A DNA stretch of 64,000 bases from Longimicrobiales bacterium (lineage in GTDB: Bacteria; Gemmatimonadota; Gemmatimonadetes; Longimicrobiales; Gaopeijiaceae): assembly GCA_965218295.1 (NCBI GenBank), contig CBDCKN010000009.1:448001-512000 (forward strand). Direction: 5' to 3'. Of the stretch, positions 9,847 through 20,783 are shown piece after piece. Within the stretch, counting starts at the first letter, position 1. Every line of letters starts with the position of its first letter. A program made the translations under genes and the position numbers. The notes beneath the pieces were generated by a model. It was not told the origin of the DNA and did no database searches. It saw only the letters and a program-made list of their open reading frames with translations.

Positions 9847-10689
9847 TCACGTCCCGCCATTCCCGCCGCGTTCGATCACCGAGTGCGCCACCAGAAAGTC
9901 CCCGACATCCGCGATGAACTCACTCCAGCTCGGAGGACAGTCGTTGTGGCCACAATCCCACTCGATCAGCTTCGCGTCCGGGCGGGCCCGGGCCAACGCG
10001 CGCGCGTGGGTGAAGGGGATGACCTCGTCCCTGCGGCCGTGCATGAGCAGCACCGGCCCATCGAAGGACTGAATGACCGCCTCGCTGTCGAACGCGTCGC
10101 GGATGAGGAAACCCGGGGCCCTGTATCCCTCCCACGCCATCCTCGACAGTGAGCTGAACGTGGACTGGAGGATCAGCGCCCGGACGGGCCGGGTGGCCAC
10201 CAGATCGGTGACGACCCCTCCTCCGACGGAGCGCCCCATGACCACCACGCGTTCGGGGTCGACCTCCGGGCGCTCCACCAGCCAGTCGTACCCGCCCCGG
10301 AACGCCTCGCCGATGTCCCGTCGGGAAGTCTTGCCTGCCGAGAGGCCGTAGCCCGGAAACTCGATGAGTAGCACGCTCACTCCGAACCGGGTCAGCTCCC
10401 CAAGGCTCGTCCAGTCGTCGATGAGCTCCCCGTTCCCGTGGGCGAAGATGAGTGCCGGCCCGGGTTTATCGCCCTGTCCGGAAGCCAGGTGCCAGGCCTC
10501 CACCGGCCCCGCCGGTAGCTCCAGCCAGACGCGGTGCACGCCCAGCGGGACGGGTGAGGACGCATCCCGCCCGGCATCCCTCTCGCCGCCGGGAAACAGC
10601 ATCCGCCGCTGCATGAGGAACAGGAGAACCGTGTAGCCCACATACGCGAGTACGGCGACCTTGATGATCGAGATCACGAGCTCCCTCAC
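9847..10689 (-). CDS. Alpha/beta hydrolase with N-terminal membrane anchor
   Basis: HGNGE, FPGYG, GRSVGG nucleophile elbow, HGRRDEVIP, GHND. Confidence 0.9.
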   Translation of the reverse strand: MRELVISIIKVAVLAYVGYTVLLFLMQRRMLFPGGERDAGRDASSPVPLGVHRVWLELPAGPVEAWHLASGQGDKPGPALIFAHGNGELIDDWTSLGELTRFGVSVLLIEFPGYGLSAGKTSRRDIGEAFRGGYDWLVERPEVDPERVVVMGRSVGGGVVTDLVATRPVRALILQSTFSSLSRMAWEGYRAPGFLIRDAFDSEAVIQSFDGPVLLMHGRRDEVIPFTHARALARARPDAKLIEWDCGHNDCPPSWSEFIADVGDFLVAHSVIERGGNGGT

Positions 10690-11252
10690 TCCGAGCCGCC
10701 TAGTGGCCTGCCACTAGACGCGAGACGCCCTGATCCAGATGTCGGCGCGGGCCCACGCGGCCTCGGGCATCTCCGGATCGGAGCCCTCCTGGCCGGACGC
10801 ACTCCCCATGACGGTGACGTGGAGGAGAGCGGTGAGGGACGGGGCTCCCGGCGATCTCCGATCCATGGCGGTCTCTCCTATGACGGCGTGTCGGGGCCAG
10901 AGGGTCTTCGAGGGAAGCCCCAAGATGTCCCGGGCCCGGTCCGCCGTCCAGTTTCCAAGCGCCGTGCACGTCGAGACTTCCGGGCCGGACGAGAGCGATG
11001 TCATCCGACTCCTCATGCCTCAAACCGTGTTCCCTGTCCTCTGGAGAGGACAAGCGTCGACGGTTTTCCGTCACCACCAGCTAGTAAATTCAATTACGAC
11101 ACTAGATTGCGTGTCCGTAGGATTTGGCACGGAGGTTGCTTCCGCTGCGACCCGACGGAGCGCCGACCTCTTGCCAGCGCGCCCGTCCGAGGACAGAATC
11201 GGACGTCCCCGCCCGTTCAAGTTCAGGACTCTACTCTCAGGAGAAAGACGCA

Positions 11253-11699
11253 ATGATCCAGATGGGACGAGTGGCGGTGACGCTGGGCCTGGTCATCGTC
11301 ACCACAGGCTGTTACGAGCACACCTACACGGTCGGGCAAGGCGCACCGGCCGGCCCGGTCGTCTACGAAGAGTGGCACAATCACTGGCTGGGCGGCCTCA
11401 TCGGAGAGAAGAACCTCGACGTGGAGCTGCTGTGCCCCTCCGGCAACGCGACCATCCACAACGAGCAGACATTCCTGAACGGCTTGGTCAGCGCCCTGAC
11501 AGCGAGCATCTACACGCCCACCACCGTGAAGATACGGTGCGACAGCGGTCGCTCGGCTGAGATCGACCTCTCGAAGGAGCAGATCTTGGCGATTGTCACC
11601 TCGTCTGCCTTCCTGGAGCGCGTGGAGAGTGTCATGCCCGGACGGTTGCAAGAGGCCCAGCTCGGAGTCCAAGCCCAGGAAGAGGACCTCCAGGACTGA
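11253..11699 (+). CDS. Bor/Iss-like lipoprotein with C-terminal extension
   Basis: Lipobox TTGC. C....QTFLNGLVSALTASIYTPTTVKIRC matches the lambda Bor pattern (QTFVNG...GIYTP....C). AGGAG RBS. Confidence 0.7.
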   Translation: MIQMGRVAVTLGLVIVTTGCYEHTYTVGQGAPAGPVVYEEWHNHWLGGLIGEKNLDVELLCPSGNATIHNEQTFLNGLVSALTASIYTPTTVKIRCDSGRSAEIDLSKEQILAIVTSSAFLERVESVMPGRLQEAQLGVQAQEEDLQD

Positions 11700-11720
11700 C
11701 GCCCGGAGAGCCGGTACGCC

Positions 11721-14075
11721 TCAGCCCCCCTGCTCCTGGGCGAGGAGATTGTTCTCCGTAACGTAGGCCGCCAGCTCACCCCTCGAGCCGAGCTCCAGCT
11801 TCCGGTACATGTTGGAGAGGTGCGTGCTTACGGTGCGCCGGGCGATGTCCAGCTCCTTGGCCACCGCCTTGTCGGACCTACCCATCGCCACGAGCCGGGC
11901 GATCTCGAGCTCACGCTGGGTGAGCCCTCCCGCCCCTACACCGGCCGACATGCTCGGCGGGCGCACATCCAACTCCCGGAACATGACCCTCGTCTTCTGC
12001 AGCTCACCCTCGGCCTTCATCTTCAGGAAGGCGCCGTGGACGTGCCTGAGCTCACGCAGAGCCCCCTCCCGGTCCCCCAGGTCCGCCAACCGCCCGGCGA
12101 GCTGCCGTCTCACGCGAGCCCCGTCGAAGATCATGGGCAGTGCCTCCAGCGCCTCCGCGGCTTCTCGCAGGAGAACGGTGGACCCCTCGATGTCACCGGC
12201 ATGCCACACCTTGATGCCCTCGAACGCCTTGCTCCAGGCCATGGCCAGCCGGTTGCCCATGCGCTTCCCGTATTTGTTCAGGCGTTGCTCGATGTGCGCC
12301 GCCCCGGGGGCATCGTCGAGCTGGAGGTACGCCTCCAAGATGAGGGGTAGGAGACGGTGGACCGCCCAGACGATGAAGCCGGAGTTCTCGGCGATGGCGA
12401 GTCCCTCCTCCCCCACCCGGATCACTTCCTCGTACTCACCCTCGGCCACGTGGTAGGCCGCCTTGCCCATATGCGCGGGAACCACCAGGTGCACCCGGAG
12501 CATATCACCCGCCGCCGCACCCGACCGCTCCCAGGCCTCGTCGACACACGCCTTACCCCGCTCGATCTCGCCCCGGCCGAGATAGATCAGGGAGAGGAAA
12601 ACCAGGAGACGGGGCAGCAGGGCCTCCTGACCGAGAACCTGGGCCTTGGCGACGGCCCGCTCTCCCAGGGCGATCCCCGTGTCCCAGCGGCCCGCGCTCG
12701 CCGCGTGCTCGATGAAGATCTCGGCGGTCCAGAGCTCCAGCACCGGAGATCGGAGCTCTTCTGCCAACTCCTGGCAGCGGTGGATGTGCTCCTCCATCGT
12801 CTCCGGGTAGCCCAAGAACCCCTCGACCACCGCGAGCTGCCAGTACACCCAGTAGGTGACGTGAGCGTCCCCGGCGGCCCGGGAGAGTGGGATGGCCTCA
12901 CGTCCGTGCTCGCGAACCTTCTCGGGATTTCCCAGATAGGTGTGGAGAATCATCAGCCCCCGGTGGACTCTGGCGAGGAGGCCGGGGTCGGAGACCGATT
13001 CGGCCAGCTCCAGCGCGGTTTCCATCTCCTCCTGGGCCTCCTTGGCCCGCCCCAAGGACTGCAATGCATTCCCCTTGTGAAGCCGCAGGTGCGCCTCGAC
13101 CACGGGATCTTTCGCCGCTACCGCTCTCTCCAGACCGAGCTCATACGCCGCCAGGGCATCGTCGTACTGCCCACGGAAGTAGGCGCCCTGCCCGATGCGG
13201 CCGTGGAGTCGGGCGGCCCGGGCGTCCTCTCCCCTCTCGAGGGTCAGAGCCAGCGCCACCGACCAGTGCTCAGCGGCCGCACCGTAGTCCCCGGAGCGTT
13301 GGAGCGCCCGGGCCAGATCCTCCCGCAAGGACAACACGTCCAGGTCCGCATCCTCGTCGCCGCCGTCCCTACCGTCGCCGCCACCACCGTCCCTAGTAAC
13401 GCGAGACAGGGCGTCACCCAGGAAGGCCACGGCCTCGCGATCGGCCCGGCGAGAGAGAAGTGGTGCGCCAACTGGTGCGTTCGGTCATCGAGTGCACTAC
13501 CGATTCCCCGCTCGAGCGCCTCTCCCACGGTACGGTGGAGGCTCCGGGCACGGGCGAGGCCGATCTCGGAGTAGAGGACTTCCTGGATGAGCGGGTGGGA
13601 GAAGCGATAAACGATGTCGCTCCCCTCGGCCGATTCCTCCACGAGCCGCTTCGCCCGCAGCTCGTCAATGCCGCCTAGGAGGGCGTCCTCCTCCAAATCC
13701 GCCACCGCTCCGAACAGCTCATGGGTCGCGCTCGTTCCTGCCACGGCCAGCACATGGGCCACCTGCCGGGCCGCTGGCGACAACTCGCCGATACGAGCGG
13801 CCACAGCCGCGCCCACCGAGTCCGGCAGGTCCAGGTCATCCACCCTCCCACCCCAGCCAGGTGCCGTCCCGGAGGTAGAGGCTTCCCGAATCGACGAGAG
13901 CCTTCAGGATCTCCTCGACGAAGTACGGATTACCTCCGGTCCGCCCGTGGATGCGCGCGGCCAGCCCGTCGGAGATGCCGGGCTCCACGTCGAAAACGCG
14001 CCGGATGAGCTCACCCGAAGCCTCCGCCGAGATGGGGCCGACGTCCAGGACCCGCGCGTTCTCTACCTCGTGGAT
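11721..14075 (-). pseudogene. MalT-like AAA/TPR/LuxR-HTH regulator, frameshifted and 5'-truncated
   Basis: Consecutive pieces in different frames: TGGNPYFVEE (13836-14075), YRFSHPLIQEVLY (13244-13843), TPR plus LTQRELEIARLVAMG..HLSNMYRKL (11721-13430). The N-terminal P-loop is absent. Confidence 0.8.
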
Positions 14076-14086
14076 TGGAGGGACCG

Positions 14087-14527
14087 ATGAACGGCGTGAA
14101 AGTGACCAGTGCGATCGCGGCATTCGCGGTGATGTTCGTGCTGTCTTTTATCTGGCACGAAGTGCTGATGGGCGACTACTACGCGCAGATCCTCGCGAGC
14201 GTGGCGCGGGCCGAGCCGAACCTCGTGCTAATCGGTGCCGGGTATCTCATCACTGCGGTGGTCATGGCGTACGTTTACCCGATCGGATACAAGGGTGGCT
14301 CGGGGGTCGCTGAGGGACTCCGCTTCGGTGCCGTGATCGGGCTGTTGTGGTGGCTGCCGGCCAATGTCGTTCTCGCCGGCGCGTACGAGACCACGCTGAC
14401 TAGCGGTCTGGTCGACGGCGCCTGGCACATCGCAGAGGGAGCTGCCGGCGGGATCGTGATCGGCATGCTCTACGCCCGGGGAGCGGGAGGAACCGCGGCC
14501 GGATCCGCCGAGGCTGGAGCCGGCTGA
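14087..14527 (+). CDS. Small four-helix membrane protein (DUF1761-like)
   Basis: Four hydrophobic segments; GGAGG RBS before ATG 14087. Confidence 0.7.
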   Translation: MNGVKVTSAIAAFAVMFVLSFIWHEVLMGDYYAQILASVARAEPNLVLIGAGYLITAVVMAYVYPIGYKGGSGVAEGLRFGAVIGLLWWLPANVVLAGAYETTLTSGLVDGAWHIAEGAAGGIVIGMLYARGAGGTAAGSAEAGAG

Positions 14528-14682
14528 CGCGTTGGTGGCGGGACCGCCGGGAGGTCCAGGTTCGTTGCATGATCCCGACCGGAGTGGGTTATTCGCCGGC
14601 ATGAGTCTCACACCCTAATAGCCCCTCCATCGGCGAGCCTGGGGAGCTCGTCCAGCTCGTGGTCTTCGACCATGCTGTTGCC

Positions 14683-15696
14683 ATGAAGGCCTACCTCCTG
14701 AACCGCCACGGCTTGCCCGACGTCCTCCGACCCACGGAGCTGCCCGATCCCACCCCCGGACCGGGTCAGGTGGCCGTGCGGGTAGAGGCCGTGGGCATCA
14801 ACTACGCTGAGGTCCTTTCCCGGAAGGGCCTGTACGGCTGGGCCCCCGACCTGCCCTACGTCCTGGGGATGGAGGCCACGGGACGCATCGATTCGGTGGG
14901 CGACGGCGTCGAGCGCCGACCCGGCGAAGCCGTCGTCGTAGGGATGCAGCACGGAGCCTACGCCGAGCGGCTGGTGGTGGACGAATCCAAGGCCTGGCCG
15001 GCGGTGGAAGGGTTCAGCGTGGAGGAGAACGCCGCCTTTGGCGTCAACTACGCCACGGCGTGGGTGAGCCTCGTGGAGATGGGCCGACTCCGGGCCGGCG
15101 ACCGGGTCCTCATCTCCCCGGCGGGTGGCGGAGTGGGCACGGCCGCGGTGCAGATCGCTCACCACTTCGGCTGCTACGTGGTGGGCGCGGCAGGCGCCGA
15201 CCCCAAGCTGGAGCGGATCCGGGAGCTAGGCGCCGACGAGACCGTCAACTACCGACGCCCCGGCTGGCAGAAGGCCCTGGAGGATGCCGCCGGCGCGGAG
15301 GGCATCGACATCGCCTTCGACATGGTAGGCGCCGAGGTCTTCGCCGCCGCCAAGGGCGTGCTGGCTCCCTTCGGCCACGTGGTGGTGGGCGGGTATGCGG
15401 CCCTGGACTACTCCCTCTGGAACCCGTTGTCCTGGTGGCGTACGTGGCAGGGCAAGCCCCGGATGAGCCTGGAGGAGATGTACACGAACGCCCGGGGGAT
15501 GTCCTCGGCCCATCTCGGCTACCTGCTCCCCGCCTCCCGGCGGATGCGGGCCACCTGGGACGAGGTGACGGCCTTCTGCATGGAGCATGGGATCCGGCCT
15601 CAGGTGGGCCACGTCTTCGGCTTCGACGAGGCGGCCCGGGCCCATCGTCTCATCGAGTCCCGGGAGAGCTACGGGAAGGTGGTGCTGCGGGTCTGA
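14683..15696 (+). CDS. MDR-family zinc-binding dehydrogenase / NADPH:quinone oxidoreductase
   Basis: GINYAE..GLY, LGMEATG, AGGGVGTAAVQIA, GKVVL. Confidence 0.92.
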   Translation: MKAYLLNRHGLPDVLRPTELPDPTPGPGQVAVRVEAVGINYAEVLSRKGLYGWAPDLPYVLGMEATGRIDSVGDGVERRPGEAVVVGMQHGAYAERLVVDESKAWPAVEGFSVEENAAFGVNYATAWVSLVEMGRLRAGDRVLISPAGGGVGTAAVQIAHHFGCYVVGAAGADPKLERIRELGADETVNYRRPGWQKALEDAAGAEGIDIAFDMVGAEVFAAAKGVLAPFGHVVVGGYAALDYSLWNPLSWWRTWQGKPRMSLEEMYTNARGMSSAHLGYLLPASRRMRATWDEVTAFCMEHGIRPQVGHVFGFDEAARAHRLIESRESYGKVVLRV

Positions 15697-15751
15697 GGCG
15701 TGTGACGTCGATCCCATGGCGGTGTGGGTCGTGCGCGTACATCTTCTTGCC

Positions 15752-16522
15752 ATGATGCCCCGACTGGCTCGTCGACTCGGGAGCGCGCTGTGCTGCGCGT
15801 TTGGCGTCTCGCTCGCGGCGTGCGCCGCCGGCGCACGGCCGACGACACCGGCACCGACGCCCGACACGGTGGTGGTCGTCGACACGGTGGTGGTTCGCGT
15901 GGGACCGGATCGCGGTCCGGAGCTCGAACAGCGCGCCGCCACCCTCCAGCTCCAACTCTTGGAACGCGCCGCCCAGGTCGAAGACCTCCAACGTCAGCTC
16001 GAAGCGGCGCGACAAGAGATCGTGCGCGCAATGGCACGATTGCAGACGTTGGCCAGTCGTGCGGAAGCGGCGTCGGTGATGGCGGAGGCGGAGATCGGGT
16101 TGGAGGCCCTAACCAGAGCTGCGGGAGATGAGGAAGTGCCCGAGGCCGCCCAGGCGCGGCACCTCCTGGTACTCAGCACGACCGAGTTCGCCGATGAGAA
16201 CTACGGCGGTGCGCTCTACCTTGCGAGCCAGGCCCGCAGGGTGGCCCGCGCGGGCGAGGTCCGGCTCACCATCGGTGAGCGCGGGGACCGGCAGCCCGGG
16301 GAAGTGCTGTTCGCGCTTCCGTTGCCGCTCGAAACGGCGCGGCGCAGCAACGTGCGCGCGGGGCCGGGGCTCGGGTTTCGTGTGCTCTTTACGCTCGATC
16401 CCGCGACGCACCTGGTGGGGCACTCGTATACGGAACAGTGGGTGCGGATCACCGACGACGAGGGACGCGATGGCTGGATCTTTCACAACCTCGTTACGAG
16501 GCCCCGCGAGGGTGGCCAGTAG
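15752..16522 (+). CDS. Lipoprotein with coiled coil and C-terminal bacterial SH3 domain
   Basis: Lipobox LAAC; NVRAGPG...WVRI...GWIF. Confidence 0.75.
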   Translation: MMPRLARRLGSALCCAFGVSLAACAAGARPTTPAPTPDTVVVVDTVVVRVGPDRGPELEQRAATLQLQLLERAAQVEDLQRQLEAARQEIVRAMARLQTLASRAEAASVMAEAEIGLEALTRAAGDEEVPEAAQARHLLVLSTTEFADENYGGALYLASQARRVARAGEVRLTIGERGDRQPGEVLFALPLPLETARRSNVRAGPGLGFRVLFTLDPATHLVGHSYTEQWVRITDDEGRDGWIFHNLVTRPREGGQ

Positions 16523-18148
16523 CTACGACGAGTCCTCCTTCTTCTTCGTCTTCGTCTTCGTTGGTTTTACTGCGGCTGTCTGTCGGCGGCGACTCGAACG
16601 CACCACCCGGTCGCGTCCACCCCGCTTGGCCTGGTAGAGCGCCGCGTCTGCCGAAGCGATCAAGGACTCGGGTGAGTCCCTGTCGGTGGGAAACTCGGCG
16701 ACGCCGGTGCTCAGTGTCAGCGTGACCGACTGCTCCCCGACGGCCACACCGCGCTTGGCCAGCCGCTCATGGATTCGCTCGGCTGCCCTGACCGCGCCGT
16801 CGATGCCCGTTTCCGGCAGCACGACCAGGAATTCTTCCCCTCCGTAGCGCGCGACGCGATCGATCCCGCGCGTCGCCTCCTGCAGGATCTCTGCAACGGC
16901 CTTGAGGGCCTCGTCTCCCGCGATGTGGCCGTGCGTGTCGTTGAACTTCTTGAAACGGTCGATATCCGCCATGAGGATCGCGAACGGCGCTTTCGCGCGG
17001 CTCGCGCGGCCCATTTCGCTCTCCAGCGTCTCCATCAGGTGCCGGCGGTTCGATATCCCGGTGAGCGGGTCGGTCACCACCAGGTGCTCGAGCTGCTGCC
17101 GTCCTTCGCGCAGGCGGTACACCATCCCGTTGAACACTTCGGTGAGGTACCCGACCTCACCCTTGCCCACGGGCAGGTCCACCGCGAGGTCACCCGCGGC
17201 AACTTCCCGGGCACCCGCCGTCAGCCAATCCAGCGGGCGCACGATCAGGAGGCCCAAACGGTACGCGATGAAGCCGACCACGACCAGGAGCCCCATGACA
17301 AGAAGCGCCGTTACGTCGCGCAGCTGCACGATCTGAGCGTAGGCCTCCTTCGCCGGGATCTCCGCCACGACCGCCCAATCCAACCGCGGAATCCGCTTCA
17401 AGGTGCCGATGACCTCGTTTCCATCACGATCGGCGTAAGTGACGGGACTGCCCTCGCTCCCGAACAGGAGTTCCGTCGTGGCGGACGCGAGCTTCCGCTC
17501 GGCGAACGGCCGCGCGTCGCCGCCTGAGCTGACGATCGCGGCCCCGTCCGGCGCGATCACGTACAAGTTGCCCGATTCGCCCGGGGCGAAGACCAGCAGG
17601 ATGGTCAGGACGGCCCGGTACGTGACGTTGGCGACGAGCGCGCCTACGAAGGTGCGGTCTGCTGCGGTGACCGGGACGGCAACGGTCATGAGCGGTTGGC
17701 CGAGCTGCTCGTCCCAGTACGCGTCCCCAATTACCGCCTGGTCTGCCGCCACGCGGTCGAGCCAGCCGGGTGGGAGATGAACGTCGCCGGGGCGCTCGGC
17801 GCTCGTTGCGAGCCGCTGGCCCTGCCGGTCGATGACGAGCAACTCGTTGTAGTCCGGGAACCGCTCCCCGACCGACGTGAGGTAACCGTTGAGCCGAGTG
17901 CCCGCTTGACCGCCGCCATCCGTCCGTCGCGCTCGCTCGATGTTCTCGGTTATCTCGTAGGAGCTCGCGAAGACCCGGACGTCGTAGAGCCGCTCCTTGA
18001 GCCAGAGGTCGATCTCGCGCGCGGTCTGCGCACTCACGCTCTGCAGCTCTTCGTTGATCTTGTCGGTCAGGGCGGCGCGGTTCTGGATGTACGAGATCCA
18101 GGCCATCCCCAGGGACGGGATCAGCGTGGCCAGCAAGGCGAGGCCCAC
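16523..18148 (-). CDS. Diguanylate cyclase (Cache + HAMP + GGDEF)
   Basis: Two TM segments around a sensor domain, HAMP, DPLTG, DIDRFK..ND..GH, RYGGEEF. True start may lie slightly upstream. Confidence 0.92.
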   Translation of the reverse strand: MGLALLATLIPSLGMAWISYIQNRAALTDKINEELQSVSAQTAREIDLWLKERLYDVRVFASSYEITENIERARRTDGGGQAGTRLNGYLTSVGERFPDYNELLVIDRQGQRLATSAERPGDVHLPPGWLDRVAADQAVIGDAYWDEQLGQPLMTVAVPVTAADRTFVGALVANVTYRAVLTILLVFAPGESGNLYVIAPDGAAIVSSGGDARPFAERKLASATTELLFGSEGSPVTYADRDGNEVIGTLKRIPRLDWAVVAEIPAKEAYAQIVQLRDVTALLVMGLLVVVGFIAYRLGLLIVRPLDWLTAGAREVAAGDLAVDLPVGKGEVGYLTEVFNGMVYRLREGRQQLEHLVVTDPLTGISNRRHLMETLESEMGRASRAKAPFAILMADIDRFKKFNDTHGHIAGDEALKAVAEILQEATRGIDRVARYGGEEFLVVLPETGIDGAVRAAERIHERLAKRGVAVGEQSVTLTLSTGVAEFPTDRDSPESLIASADAALYQAKRGGRDRVVRSSRRRQTAAVKPTKTKTKKKEDSS

Positions 18149-18456
18149 GATCCGGCTCTTGATGCTCTCCAGCCGGAATACCTTAGGGATCTTGGTCGAC
18201 GACGGCCGTGCCGATGGGTAACGTGCGTTCGGGCATTCTCAAAAGATAGGTCTCGCGGGAACGACGCGCTTGCGACAAGCCACGTCGTGCTCGAGTGCCC
18301 GGCGACTGCAGCTCGAGCTTCGCCACAACCTCCGGCCATCCTCAAAATCCCCCAGAAGCCCGAAAAGCTATTCCAACCCTTGGCACAGGTGGCGTGCGGC
18401 TGATCGTCGGAATCCTGAGTGACAAATGCCATACTAACGGCGAGCGGAGCTGTCAG

Positions 18457-19770
18457 CTACACGTCATTGGTCCGCGCTAGCGTCTCCGGCATTCGCTTCG
18501 CCACGACAAGCCCGGACAGCCCCGTGAGGATCGCCACCGCCATGATCGCAGCGCGCATCCCGAAGAGGTCGGCCAACGTGCCCGCCATCAACCCGCCTAC
18601 GGCGTAGCCGCTGTCGCGCCAGAGCCGGTACACCCCGACGGCCGAACCGCGCCAGCTTGGATGGGCGACGTCCGCGACGGAGGCTAGTAGTGTCGGATAC
18701 ACCATGGCCGTGCCGACTCCGAGCAGCGCGGAAGCGCCGACCCAGCCACCGAATCCATCCAGCATCGCGATGGCCGCCAGCGCCGCCGCCTGGACAAGCA
18801 TCCCTCCGGAGATCAGCCACTTACGGCCCACCCGGTCCGACCACGCTCCGGTCCAGAGCTGGACGATCCCCCACGTGAAGGGATAGGCGAACGTCAGGAC
18901 TCCGATGTTCGCGACGCCCAATCCAGACGCGGCGAAGAAAAGCGGAAACAGCCCCCAAGCGAGTCCGTCGTTCAGGTTGTTGATCAGCCCGGCATGGCTC
19001 GCGCTGGACAGCGCGGGATCCCTCCAACTCACCATCGCGAAGATTTCCCGAGCACTGAGTACGGCGGGGCCAGGAGGAGAGGGTGCGAGGGTTGGGCCAG
19101 ACCCGGCCCCGCCGTCCGCCTGCTTCGCCTCCAACGCGCTGTGGCCCTGCGTCTCCCTCACGAAGAGGACGGACAATCCCAGGCCGAGCGCTACGAAACC
19201 GAGCCCGAGATAGAAGGGCTCCGGCCGAAGCCCGTACGCCGCGGCAACGTATCCGGTCCCGAGCGCGGACAGGGCCACGGCAACGTAGCCGGCGAATTCG
19301 TTGAGACCCATGGCGAGGCCCCGCTGCCGCGGGCCCGCCAGATCGATCTTCATGATGACGGTCGTGGACCACGCCAGCCCCTGGTTGATTCCGAGAAGCA
19401 CGTTGGCGGCGACCACCCAGGCCCACGATGGTGCGCACATGATCATGAGCGGCACCGGAATTCCCACACACCAGCCGATCACCAGGATGGGCTTCCGTCC
19501 GTAGAGATCTCCCAGCCGCCCCGCGAAGAAATTCGTCGCGGCCTTTACCAGCCCGAAGGAGACCAGGAACGAGAGAACCACCGTACTGGACGCCAGCCCG
19601 AACTCCTCTTCGGCCAGGAGGGGCAGCACGGTGCGTTCGAGCCCGACCATGGCGCCCACGAACCCGTTGATGAGCACCAGGAGGCTGAACTGTTGCCAAT
19701 TCGCGCCCAGCCCAAGCTCGACGGAAGCCGATGGGGGCGCCGCCGGCTCACCGCCCAGGTCGCTCGGCAC
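18457..19770 (-). CDS. MFS transporter
   Basis: Multiple TM helices with GRLGDLYGRK and WSDRVGRK MFS motifs. GTG start abuts the MITE. Confidence 0.9.
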   Translation of the reverse strand: MPSDLGGEPAAPPSASVELGLGANWQQFSLLVLINGFVGAMVGLERTVLPLLAEEEFGLASSTVVLSFLVSFGLVKAATNFFAGRLGDLYGRKPILVIGWCVGIPVPLMIMCAPSWAWVVAANVLLGINQGLAWSTTVIMKIDLAGPRQRGLAMGLNEFAGYVAVALSALGTGYVAAAYGLRPEPFYLGLGFVALGLGLSVLFVRETQGHSALEAKQADGGAGSGPTLAPSPPGPAVLSAREIFAMVSWRDPALSSASHAGLINNLNDGLAWGLFPLFFAASGLGVANIGVLTFAYPFTWGIVQLWTGAWSDRVGRKWLISGGMLVQAAALAAIAMLDGFGGWVGASALLGVGTAMVYPTLLASVADVAHPSWRGSAVGVYRLWRDSGYAVGGLMAGTLADLFGMRAAIMAVAILTGLSGLVVAKRMPETLARTNDV

Positions 19771-19936
19771 TAGTGTCCCGTTACCAAAGTGTCTCGGCCA
19801 GTCGAGGGCACGGTGCATCCGTGGGCTCGGCGTTGGAACTCCTTACCGTAGCTTGCGCTACGCCGCGTCGTCCCGCCTTGACCCCACGGCGCCCCGACCC
19901 TCTTGGTGGCTCGCGAACTTCGGAAACGGAACACTA
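19771..19936. mobile_element. MITE-like element, 166 bp, same family as 8654-8863 in opposite orientation
   Basis: 17/20 inverted repeat TAGTGTCCCGTTACCAAAGT / ACTTCGGAAACGGAACACTA, CTAG at both flanks. Shares subterminal AAGTGTCTCGGCCA and GGTGGCTCGCGAACTT with the first copy. Confidence 0.72.
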
Positions 19937-19997
19937 GGGGCTGGCGGGATCGACGCCGAAGTTCGTCACGCCTGGGCGGGACGGAGATCGAGATTCG

Positions 19998-20741
19998 TCA
20001 TACGTGGGCGGGATCGAGTCCGAGGTTCGTCGCCCGGATCCGTTCGGCGTGGAGCGGCGGTGCCGGGATATCTTCGAGCATGAGGCGGATGAACTCCTCC
20101 TCGTCCTCGAGCGCGAACACGCGGTTGAGCCGGCGCTCGAAGCCGATCGTCGAACTCGGGTTCCCGCTGAGTTCGCGACCGCACACCGACCCGGAGAACG
20201 CCCCGGGGTACACCCCAAGATGGTCGGGCAGTCTCCGTAGCTTCTCCGCGCTCCGGAAAAGCGCCCTCGCCCCCTCCTCGGCCGAGGTGGCCAATTCCGT
20301 CCGCCCCATATCCCCCACCATGAGCGTGTGGCCCGTCACCACGAGCCACGGCTCGTCGCCCCGCCGGTGGTCGGTCACCACCAAAGAGATATGCTCCGGC
20401 GTGTGCCCCGGCGTATGGAGCACCTCGACCTGCGTGTTCCCCATATCGAGGATCTCGCCATCCTCGACCCCCCGGAACGAATAGGCCGTCTCCGTACCGG
20501 CGAAAATCACATACTCGGCTCCGGTCGCCTGGGCGAGCTCCCGCCCGCTGGAGATGTGATCGGCATGCACATGGGTGTCGATCACGTAGCGGATCGACAG
20601 GTTGCCCGCCTCCGACTCCTTCAGGTAACGCCCGATGTCTCCGATGGGATCGACGACCGCCCCGATTTCCCTCGTCGGACATCCGAGAAGGTAGGAAGCG
20701 GCGATCACGGGTTCTCTGTCCAGATATTGGCGAAAAAGCAT
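19998..20741 (-). CDS. MBL-fold metallo-hydrolase (persulfide dioxygenase-like)
   Basis: DTHVHADH, HTPGHTPEH, SSTIGFERR. Confidence 0.88.
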   Translation of the reverse strand: MLFRQYLDREPVIAASYLLGCPTREIGAVVDPIGDIGRYLKESEAGNLSIRYVIDTHVHADHISSGRELAQATGAEYVIFAGTETAYSFRGVEDGEILDMGNTQVEVLHTPGHTPEHISLVVTDHRRGDEPWLVVTGHTLMVGDMGRTELATSAEEGARALFRSAEKLRRLPDHLGVYPGAFSGSVCGRELSGNPSSTIGFERRLNRVFALEDEEEFIRLMLEDIPAPPLHAERIRATNLGLDPAHV

Positions 20742-20783
20742 CGTTACTGCCTCGATTCGTTGAGGATCAGGACTCTTGAATCG

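Noticed and set aside
10700..11105. Third MITE bounded by CTAGTG...CACTAG
   Set aside because: Only about 6 bp of terminal complementarity, and none of the subterminal blocks shared by the two accepted copies.
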